NCBI GenBank assembly: GCA_017654855.1
Contig: CM030335.1
Span: forward strand, 2,046,001 to 2,110,000
DNA: 64,000 nt
Reading direction: 5' to 3'
Source: Podospora anserina
Lineage: Eukaryota
Positions 24,901 through 34,274 of the stretch are shown here, in pieces. The notes under the pieces are model-generated. The model saw only the letters and a program-made list of their open reading frames with translations. It did no database searches and was not told the origin of the DNA. Each line of letters opens with the position of its first letter. The first letter of the stretch is position 1. The position numbers and the translations under genes were made by a program.

Positions 24901-25271
24901 TGGAATTCGGGCCGGGTTTTGCGTTGGATGAAGAGGTGGTCTGAGTTCTTGTTTTTGGGGCCGAAGCGGGAGGGGAGCTGGGTTGGGTGGCCAAAGGTTG
25001 GGACTGGGGTTGGGGCTGCGGGCGCGGCGGGGCTGTCGGTTAGGTCGATTACTGTGCCGGGGGTGTTGAAGTTGTTGTTGTTGCTGTTTGCGAAGGCGGA
25101 TTGACCACCGGCGTGTCGTCGGGCGGGAGTGTTGAAGGTGTTGGTGCCAAAGGTTGGTTGGGGCCGGCGGGCGGGGGTCTCGGTTGGGCCGATGGACATG
25201 TTTGCTGCTTGGGAGCTGAGGAACTCGAGGTCGTCGTCGCTGAAGGACGCTTTTCTCGCGGGGCGGACCAT
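21990..25271 (-). CDS. SNF2-family ATPase (Rad5/Rad16/Uls1/TTF2-like subfamily)
   Basis: GGILADDMGLGKT, ILDEAH, WCLTGTPMQN, LLRLRQACNHP, FSQFTSML, GLNLT, EEQAIDRVHR. Confidence 0.93.
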   Translation of the reverse strand: MVRPARKASFSDDDLEFLSSQAANMSIGPTETPARRPQPTFGTNTFNTPARRHAGGQSAFANSNNNNFNTPGTVIDLTDSPAAPAAPTPVPTFGHPTQLPSRFGPKNKNSDHLFIQRKTRPEFHADLYRNSGPLKPKNVPPKKPELPMFSSLSEEAQPVYQYTKPGGGGGYGDTTFYTDPAKANADLKALLEGGMEDEEEEDDAPPKNKEEKKTAGPEEKEPEEGVQEDGTLVGIKVKLLPHQVVGVKWMKNRELGPLKKGRVPKGGILADDMGLGKTLQSISLIVSNPMPEEGGKGWKKHFSEVKRGTLVVAPLALIRQWEAEIKEKVDGEVLGLKVCVHHGPNRTKDAKQLAKFDVVITTYQILVSEHGNSHPDPAKSPQVGCFGVYWYRVILDEAHSIKNRNAKATKACCGLRAEYRWCLTGTPMQNNLDELQSLVHFLRVPPYDELGEWRKDIDGPMKQGKGHVAIKRLHNLLRCFMKRRTKEILKEEGALVAGGKKALDAMKAKMEEERGGDGEEREMPKPAFKITERKVVTVETKFSEAEREFYDALEARADKSLEKMMKGRIDYANALVLLLRLRQACNHPRLTDTKLEKDQEALAVDSTAQPKGKARDDLDDLADAFGGMGIRTRKCEMCLSELSKKEMGSGQVKCSDCIDSMQKVISESPSKKKKKTDGRRVSVVKEEIKIEKVAASKKRSKARRIVEDSDEEEEGSWLVGEDQQGALRLGKCGGSEDEDAEGGGDDIASEDSEHSSEEDDDDESQLDSFIVKDDSQADVHGSRSESDSGSEEDESFVSVSRVSQSQVASQDTEGSGEDEEEISASELISSDPDDDSHDDLPIQRRSRRPGQQEPERKKKSKSAKSSGGITQSAKIRELLSILRKEAHEHKFIVFSQFTSMLDLIEPFLRSQPGMKAVRYDGKMPNDAREAALKALRTDPHTRILLCSLKCGSLGLNLTAATRVIIVEPFWNPFVEEQAIDRVHRLTQTVDVIVYKLTVQDTVEARILELQNKKRMLAEATIEGGMRKKGKNQLKLGLQEILDLFKHDARASLGVDGLEGNDGMNVARDVGEFVGGKHGVRRPRKEHDVYGRRW

Positions 25272-25699
25272 TTTTGCGGTCAAGTTGGTGGTGAGGGTTG
25301 TAGTTGTTGCTGTGGTGGTTGGTGAAGGGAAATAGCTGATCGTTGCTGGCTGGATCAGGTCGTAAAAGCTTTGCCTAAGCTCTGTTCGTGTCTTTTTTTT
25401 GGTCGGCAGCCGCAGTTGTAGTCTCGCCCCGGCTGCTGTCAGTCTCGGGCGCGGGTTTGTTTTGTTGGCGGACCGCTGAGTTGGAGCTCAGGTTTCTGTC
25501 GCAAAGTGGTCTCTGGTTATCGGCTGCTCAATTTTGTTTGCCACCAGTGGGTTTGGAGTAGGGAGAAGTGGTAAGGTACCTCATCGAAAGCCCGCCAGGA
25601 CTCGGGGGAGGGGGGCCAGTAGAAACAATGTCCAAAATATGTCGAGACCCAAAGGTTGTGGGGAAGGGAAGTGTCAGAGCCTAGATTGTGACGCGCTCC

Positions 25700-27260
25700 G
25701 AGTCGCGGCGATATGGGGTAATTGGGAGCTTTGTTGCCTGTTTACTACGAGGACGAATTTAGAACTGGGCACCAAGGCAACCACGGCACCCCGCATTTTC
25801 TGTCAAACAACCCCGCCATTCAGGGGTTGGAAATTTCAACCCTAACCCTCTATCAGTCACTTGTACGAGTGACAGCTTTTGAGGCGGTGTTTGTTCCTGG
25901 CAGGCAGTGGCAGGTAACCTCAGTGTCAAAAATCGACTGATCTTGCAGCTTGAGAACATGAAATCCGCAAAGCGGTGTTTGGTAGGCGAAACCTCATGGT
26001 TTAGAAAGATAAGGCGCACGCTCGGCAGCCATGTTTCCCCCTCCAACGGATTACGTCTTTGTAACTTTGTCAATACCAAGGCATCTGATGATATTCAGTT
26101 GGCCTTGGAAAATGGCCATTATGGTTCGAAGAATAGTTGAAAGGGCACGTTCTATATTTTCAAAAGCCCTGGCTCCATGTCGGAGTCTCTGCTTTTACTG
26201 TTCATAACGGCTAGGTAACCTTCGTGCCTACCAAGTTCAGTTCTCTTATGAGCAACTGAGGAAGCCATATTCCTACATAGGAGACAACCATGGGAGATGG
26301 GTTCAGGGCCCGCGGCGTTTGGAAGAAATGGTTTCGTTTGTCCGAAAGGATATTGGAGCGTTGAGCTGGGCGGTTAAGGTGACAAGAAGAGGAAAATGCC
26401 ATAAGATGGAATCTAGAACAAGCAGCTATCAGAATAAAAAATAGGAAAGAAAGAATACTAGAGTATAATGCCAAGAGAAAAGTGAAGGCTTCTACCTACA
26501 AACTCTATCCTCCCCCCCCCTCACCGCCGTGAGTTGTGCTTTTGTGAACTGCGAAATGTCTCTGAAAAGTTAGGTGCTCCTTGCATTTCATGTATCTTCC
26601 TGAGCCTGTCATAATTGTAAAACATGTGTAAAAGGATTGGTGGTCAACAGGGTCTCTTGAGCAACGAGATGTGGTTGTAGCAGACGAAGAGCCGTAAGAT
26701 TGGGGGTACCGTGCCCAGCCGGCGTCAAGTATTTATGAGAGGTTGCCTGCCCTAGCAGCAAGAGAAGAAGTCGTCTATCACGGTTAAAATTGATTGCGAA
26801 ACATCATAGGTAGGACTCACGCTGGCCATACCAATGAGGCCAGCAGAACATCGGCCTCCTGCTTAACGAGGTGTATGTATTAGATCTGCCATATACTTCT
26901 CAACAGCCCCAGTACCCTCGCACAACACCCTCATGGTCAAGTAGTAAGGTTATTGGCGCTGCCACCTACCCACCCCTCAAAGCCCCGAGTTCGATTCGAA
27001 GTAAAACGCGAGGGTTTTCGTAGCCAGGTCACCTTCCTCAGAATAATGTTGGGGTTGCCTGGTGAGCTTGGCTGTTTCGTTGATCTTCCAAAGATCGACT
27101 ACCTTACGTCTTGATCCTTTACTTTTGCTCAGCCGTCTACCTATGTGTCTATTTTGCCGGTTTTGTCGAATCGACGCAAGAGAGAATGGGGAGAGTTATC
27201 AAAGAGGAACAAAAAGCAAGTCTTGTAAAGGTAGATGGAAAGAGCAATAGTCAGTTTTCC
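25700..27260 (+). ncRNA. Candidate telomerase RNA (TER) gene; ends approximate
   Basis: Template CAACCCTAACCCT at 25837-25849 (complement of TTAGGG repeats); adjacent hairpins; long-range helix 25765-25792 with 26703-26752; U-rich/A-rich crossing helices; P6.1-like junction at 26200-26211/26526-26549; no credible protein gene in the ~2 kb gap. Confidence 0.68.
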
Positions 27261-27365
27261 ATACTTTGCGGTGCAACCTATTTGTAGAAAATGGATCACC
27301 TCCACTTCTCATTCAGCAATTCACCGCTGTCATGTCTTATGTAGTAATCGTGCTTTGTATTTCAT

Positions 27366-29446
27366 CTACCTACCCGTCCTTTTAACCCCCAACTCCTTCC
27401 CAGGCTCCGACTCGACATCCCCATCATCATACGGATCAAACCCCATCCTCCTCTTTGCCTGATCCTTTATCCTCCGCGCCATCTCACCCGCATAGCCAGT
27501 GGTGGTGGTGTTTTGCAAGAAATGCATCGTAAAGTCATCCGGGATCGCCAAGTGGGAGACCTGCTGGGACTCTTGGAGGCTCGTGAGCCGTATCAGCATC
27601 TCCAGCAGCGACAGGGAAGACGTGACGGCGTCAAACGGAGACCTTGGCATATCTTGTTGTTGTGATGATGGGTTTCTTCTCTCAATGTCGCGACTTGTTT
27701 GGCGGATGGGAGACCCGGCAGGGGAGTCAGAGTGGAGTGAGATTTGTCTAAACTGCCGCATCAGGTTGGTGTCGGCCGAGAGGCTGTTGTTGGCAAGGTG
27801 GTGGTTGTCGGCTGAGAAACCTCTTTGGGGCGAGCCAATACTGCTGTCTTCTTCGTCTGCTGTCTCTGAGCCCGAATCATCGCCATCATCGTCCATGTAG
27901 ACCTCCAGAGCCAACCACTCCGGGTCAAGGTGAGGCGGTAAATTCGTCGAGTTTGGGTGATTTTGACCGTCAGACCGATCTGGTGACAGATGGCTCTCTT
28001 CCCACAACTGACGATCAATCTCGTCTTGGTCGTCAGACTCGTCATCCGAATACCCATGGTTGACGATGCCTGACTGAGCAGACGCTTGCTGCGGCATTTC
28101 GTGCGGGGAGACCATGCTGAGGTCTCGTTTCAGCAACAAGACTGGATTGTTGTATCCATTCTCTGCGTCGCCGATGTTGAGTATGACCCCGGTGTCTGTG
28201 TAGAAGATCTTGGAGAACTGATGGATCGGTATGGCCTCGCGAATGCCTGCCATCCTTACACCCTCAAACTCCTTAGGCTTGAAGCCATGTTCCTTGTCGT
28301 CGTGCATACGTCCATCGTCCAGATCTTCAATGATCTCCAAGTGGTAACTGTATCCATTGGCCGGTCCATTAAACCCTGCCTTGTGGTTATGGCCATTCAG
28401 GGTGCAGTACCCATGCAGGGAATCAAATGTACAGCCCATGGGTGTCCGCAAGAGACGTACCCTGGCCTTGTGCATGACTTCTTGCCAGATTGGCTTCCTG
28501 TCGGACTCTCCTATCCCGTAGGGAACCTCATTTGAGTTTTCTGTGCCATTTCCCCCATCGGCTGATCTACTTCCTGAGGATTCGACAAGTTGTAGGGCCG
28601 AAGGCGAGCCATTCTTGGCCACGTTTCCATTTCGCTCCTGGTGCTTATCGTTCTGTGTTTCAACTTGGGAGTGGCCGACAAAGAGCATGTACAAGGTCAG
28701 TGTGAACGACGGGCCAACCTGAATCGGCTGCGTCCCGTTAAAGTGCAAATCCCCAAAAGAAACCAAGGTGCTAGCTTGCATGAGTCTCGATGGAGAAAAG
28801 GTAGCTTCGCGAGGGTTCATGGGCGTCGACATATTCTCACCAGAGGCAGTGATGGCCAACTGGATGAAGGGAATATCTCGGTCGATCCTGTCCAGTAGGC
28901 GTTTGATATCGCTGAGTATCATGGTCAGTTCGGCATGGTGAGCCTCTGTCATCCGAGGACGGCGGCCGTCCCCAGAGGCTTCCTCCTCGGCGGCGGCATT
29001 CTGAAGACGCTTCCCAAGACGGACAATCTCTCGGTGTAAGGAAGATGCTAATGGTTGGGCTGCATCGAGAAATGAGTTTCCACGGCCAGACCTGGCGATA
29101 GGGTGTTAGTGAGGGCAGTGACTCCTCGAGTAAGGGAGGATCTCTTGGCTGACGTACTTGAGAAGGATCAGGTCGATGGCAGGGGACACAATCTGTGAGT
29201 CGAATATCAGTCAAACTAGTCTTGTGTAACAGAGAGATAGAGAGAGAGGTGCCTGGGAGATCCAACCTTGATTTTTGTGCTGAGGAGCTTTTGCAGAGAT
29301 TTGAGCTCTGCATAGACCGGTTTATCATCGACCGTTTTGAGCAGGCGGGTGCATTGCTGGACGGCATACTTGGACGTGAGGGCAATCCCGGATTTGATGG
29401 CGAAGTTGACCGTCTGGTATCCGAGGTTGGCTAAAAGTGCGTCCAT
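27366..29446 (-). CDS. YRB30: RanGTP-binding protein (Yrb30-like). Introns 29266..29193 and 29157..29092
   Basis: MDALLANLGYQTVNFAIKSGIALTSKYAVQQ..., IVSPAIDLI, KSGRGN, IPFIQLAITASG, FSPSRLMQAS, SLSLLEMLIRLTSLQ. Confidence 0.85.
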
Positions 29447-30112
29447 CGTCTCTCACTGTCCATTGCTTCATTTGAAAGAAGTAAACATTAATTATTTCTA
29501 TGGCTGCTACTAGACTCGATCCATGCTCTGGTCAGGCAGAACTCCAGAAGGCCCCCGTCAGGCAGCTTGTTTTACTCTTCTGGCTGCGGTGAACCGTCTG
29601 CCGCTTAGAATTGTTGTTTAGTCGCACTGTGCGGATGTTGTTGGAACAGCCCCCTGTAACCAGTTCCGATCTTTGTGGATAAGGCCCAGGAACCGCAAGG
29701 ACAATGCCGATAAGAGTGGGGCTAACAGTGCGAGCGATCAGCCATCTCACTGTCCACCTAACTCGAACCCTCTTCCCCGCCGTGGCCGCCACAATCAACC
29801 AGGCAATGGTGGGGCAGCGACCAGCAAATCTTCCCGACTTCTTCTCCTTCGATCACCTGAAGAAGCCTTCTTGACTCACAGGTGTCCCATCAGGTACGGC
29901 GCAAGCCCATTTTGTTCCCGAGAAGACTCATCAGAGAATCCAGAAGCTAACTCGGTTCTAGTCACGAGGCGTTGTCGCAGAGCCCAGCGCAGTCCGAATT
30001 CGCATTTTGTCGCATTTTTAAAAAAAAGTTGGCGCCCGCGACCCCGCCAATCTCCCTAGACACCACGAGACCCAGAAGCCCTTTCGTAGAACACCGCTGA
30101 ACCACGGTCAAA

Positions 30113-32366
30113 ATGTCCAACAACGTTCAAGAATCGTGGGAGGATGATGCCTCCGCCCACGACGAGAACCTGGCGCGCCAGACTCAGCAAATGAACCTCA
30201 ACCAGCAGGGTGGTTTCCGCCCCGGTGCTGCCTCTTTCCAGCCAACAGCCCAGACCTTCCAGCCTGGCCAGGGCTACGGTGGTTACAACCAGTATAACCA
30301 GCAGCAGCAATACTATGGCGGCCAAGGCCAGGGCTACTATGGTCAATATGGCCAGCAAGGGCAAGGCTACGGGCAGGGGTACGGTGGTGTTTACGGTCAA
30401 AACCAGGGCGGCTACAACCAGGGACAAGGTTACGGTCAATGGCAAGGCTACCAGCAGCAACAGCAGCAACAACAATACCAGTACCAGCCTCAGCAACAGC
30501 AGAACCAGCAACAGGCCCCCAAGCCTACTCCCACCATCGTAAAGAGGCCAGCTCAGCCAGCCCTGGGCGAAGCTTCCAAGCCAGCGCCCGCCAAGGACAT
30601 TGGTGCAAAGGTATTGAGCATTGGAGGCGACGCGAAGCCCAAGGCCAAGGTACTCTCGATCGGCAACCCTGCGCCCGCTAAAGACGAGGCGCCCAAGGCC
30701 AAGGTGCTTTCGATTGGCAACCCTGCGCCCGCGAAGGAGGAGCCCAAGACGGAGGAGACGAAGAAGCAGGAGGCGAAGAATGAGGGCACCGCCCAGGCGG
30801 CTCAGAAGGTTGCTGCGGCCAAGGCGGTAGAGAAGACAGATTCTCAGGCGGCTAGCGGAAAGACTTCGCCAGCTCCCTCTTCTGGCCGTTCCAGCCCGTC
30901 CCGCGCCGCGGCCGCCAAGGCTGCTGCTCGCGACGCCGATGCTGTCGAGAAGGAGCAGAGCGCCGATGTCGATGACGAGACTCTCAAGGAAGTCTACGGA
31001 AAGGAGCACGTCAACATCATCTTCATCGGTCACGTCGATGCTGGCAAGAGTACTCTTGGTGGTGCCATTCTCTACGTCACCGGCATGGTTGACCAGAGAA
31101 CACTCGACAAGTATAAGAGAGACGCCAAGGAGATGGGCCGTGAGACCTGGTATCTCTCCTGGGCTCTTGATCTGACCAACGAGGAACGTTCCAAGGGCAA
31201 GACCGTCGAGGTTGGCCGTGGTTTCTTCGAGACAGACAAGCGCAGATACAGTATCTTGGATGCTCCCGGCCACAAGACCTATGTCCCCAACATGATCGGT
31301 GGTGCTTCGCAGGCCGATGTTGGTATTCTCGTCATTTCTGCCCGCAAGGGTGAGTACGAGACCGGTTTCGAGAAGGGCGGTCAGACCAGAGAGCACGCCA
31401 TGTTGGCCAAGACTCAGGGTGTGAACAAGCTCATTGTTGCCATCAACAAGATGGACGACCCTACTGTCAACTGGTCCCACGAGCGTTACCTCGAGTGCAC
31501 CACCAAGCTCCAGCAATTCTTGAAGGGCACTGGCTACAACCTTAAGACGGATGTCTTCTTCATGCCCATTGCTGCTCAGCAGACCATGGGTATCAAGGAC
31601 CGCGTGCCGAAGGACGTCTGCCCCTGGTATGACGGGCCCTCGCTTCTCGAGTACCTTGATGACATGAAGGCTCTGGAGCGCAAGATCAACGCGCCTTTCA
31701 TGATGGCCGTTGCCGGCAAGTACCGTGACATGGGCACCATGATCGAGGGTAAGATCGAGGCCGGTGTGGTCAAGAAGGGCTTGAGCGTCATCATGATGCC
31801 CAACAAGCAGTCGGTCGACATTGCGGCCGTCTACGGCGAGACGGAAGACGAAGTGAACCTCGCCCAGTGCGGTGACCAGGTTCGTCTCCGTCTCCGCGGC
31901 ATTGAAGAGGAAGAGATCATGCCCGGTTTCGTCCTCTGCTCGCCCAAGCGCTTGGTGCACAACGTTGCCCAGTTCGAGGCCCAGATCCGCATTCTTGACC
32001 TCAAGAGCATTCTCACTGCCGGCTTCAACTGTGTGCTGCACGTCCACGCTGCCATTGAGGAGGTCACTTTTGCGGCTCTGCTGCACAAGTTGCAGAAGGG
32101 TACCAACAGGAAGAGCAAGCTGCCGCCATCCCATGCCAAGAAGGGTGACAGCATCATTGCCCGTCTGCAGGTGACTGGCGGTGCTGGGTCGGTGTGCGTG
32201 GAGAGGTTTGAGGATTACCCCCAGATGGGTCGTTTCACTCTGCGTGATCAGGTATGTTTTTGAGCCCTTCTGATTATACGGTGTTTAACTGTCGCTGATA
32301 TGTCTATAGGGTCAAACCATTGCCATTGGCAAGATCACCAAGCTCATTACTGAGGATACTGCTTAA
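30113..32366 (+). CDS. SUP35: Eukaryotic release factor 3 (eRF3/Sup35). Intron 32252..32309
   Basis: Q/Y/G-rich N-domain, charged M-domain, GHVDAGKST, LDAPGHK, NKMD, GRFTLRDQ|GQTIAIGKITKL. Confidence 0.97.
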
Positions 32367-33184
32367 ACTGGGAACGAAAAGAAAAATACGGATGAATCCT
32401 GTCTTGTTGTGAGCAGGGCGTAGTGGATGCTGGTTTTGGGTTCAAGTGGTATCCTCTATGAATTATGTCAAGGCTAGCTTCTATGATAGATTTGGCCTTT
32501 TGCTTTTTTTTTGTTTTGGGGAATGCGAAAATTGCTTTTGTTTGATCATATATGCTCAACTGTGTGCGAGACTGCTGCATGTTTTTTATGAAGGGATATA
32601 GACGGGCATACGGGATAGGGATAGGGATCTAGCGTGGAGGACGAAGCAGGGGTTGTTCCGTTGGTATGATGGTATTGATGATTAATGCTAAGGATGTCGA
32701 TACAGCTGGAGGGTTGTTACATGTTAGGGTTACAGAGATATATAAGGCAGGCAATATGAATTCTTTTCTTCTAATGCACTTTGTTGAGTGGCCATCGTGA
32801 AGAGCGCGGGGCAATGGTGTGTATGTGAGGTATGTTTGAAGGCGAGGCTCGTCCCATCTCGGGTGTGGACTCGGGGTGCTTGTGCATTGCATACTGATGA
32901 CTACACTTAAGGGAAAAAGTGGCAAGAGGATTGGAAATCAGAAATTGATCCCTGAGGTTTTTGAAAAGGAGAACGGAAAAGGGGAACCGGAAGGTGTGTG
33001 AGTCACTAGGATAAATAGATATCTGCCTGCCTGGTTTGGACTGGAGGCAGGCATGACGGTAGGACTTGAACCCCGCTTGGCGAACCTCATCGTCCATCAA
33101 TATCTCAACTTGACGTTTGTTTTCATGACACTTTTGTTTGTGGACTTTACTTACATTCAAAAGCTCATAGATTATCATTTCACA

Positions 33185-34274
33185 ATGTCAACCACCACAC
33201 CACCCCCAGCTCCGGCGGCCCCAGCAGCAACAACGGCACCGAATGCCGCTGCCGCCGCCAACCCAGACCCAGTATCCCAACTCTTCTCCGTCAAAGGCAT
33301 CGTAGCCCTCATCACAGGAGGCGGCACCGGTATCCTACCTATCTCCACCCTCCCTTACTCATGTGACCATGTATTAACCAACCCTCATAGGAATCGGCCT
33401 CATCCTCACCCGCACCCTCGCCCTCGGGGGCGCATCAAGGATCTACATCCTCGGCCGCCGGCTTCCCGTTCTTCAATCCGCCGCGACGTCTGTCAACGCC
33501 CTCGTCGGCAAGAACGTAGTAATCCCTCTATACTGCGACATCACCTCCCGCATCTCCATCTCGTCCACCGTTTCCGTCATCTCCTCCGACCTAGGCTACA
33601 TCAACCTCCTGATCTGCAACGCTGGCATCGGCGGCCCGCAAGTCCACCTTTCTTCCACCACCCCGAACTCCCTGGAAGAGTTCCAACAACAGCAGATGGA
33701 CACCGTGGCTGGCTGGGAGGAAACAATGAGGGCAAACGTGACAGGGGTATGGTTCACGGCCATGGGGTTCTTGTCGCTGTTGGAAAAAGGGAATCATACG
33801 GAATGGGGAAAGGGGGGTGTGAGCTCTCAGGTTATTGTTGTGAGTTCAATTGCTGGGTTTAATAAAAAGGCACCTGGGGGTTGGGCGTATGGGGCGAGCA
33901 AGGCGGCGGCTACGCATGTGGGTAAGATGTTGAGTGGGTTGGTCACTGAGTGGGGGATGAGGGCCAATGTTGTTTGTCCGGGGTGTGAGTTTTACCTTGG
34001 CCACCTGGTGTTGGGGAGATTGGGCCGCTGACAGGAAATAGTGTTCCCGAGTGAGATGGCGGCGCCGATTGTGGAAGCGGCTGGGGGGTCGATGACGGGG
34101 GGTGGGGTGATTCCCCTGGATAAGAGCGTTGTTCCTTTGGGGAGGATGGGAGATGAGAAAGATATGGCGGGGCAGATTTTGTATTTGGCTTCGAGGGCGG
34201 GGGCGTATTGTAATGGGAATGTGGTTTTGGTTGATGGGGGGAGGTTGGGGACTTTTCCCAGTGCTGGGTATTAG
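33185..34274 (+). CDS. Short-chain dehydrogenase/reductase. Introns 33330..33390 and 33985..34041
   Basis: LITGGGT|GIG, CNAG, SSIAG, YGASK catalytic YxxxK, RANVVCPG|LFPSEM, DGG. Confidence 0.9.

Noticed and set aside
26927-27018. tRNA-like A-box (TGGTCAAGTAG) and B-box (GTTCGATTC) with ACCCTC/GAGGGT ends
   Set aside because: T-stem and anticodon arm do not pair; better explained as part of the structured TER candidate
27020-27365. ATAAGT 5' splice site used for TER 3'-end processing in Neurospora
   Set aside because: Not found. Only GTGAGC (27062) and GCAAGT (27216) are present, without a clear branch site, so no 3' end is called
32724-32732. TTAGGGTTA (TAACCCTAA on the - strand), an alternative telomerase-template-like 9-mer
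   Set aside because: Sits in a short ~0.8 kb gap between SUP35 and the SDR gene with no supporting structure; a 9-mer is plausible by chance
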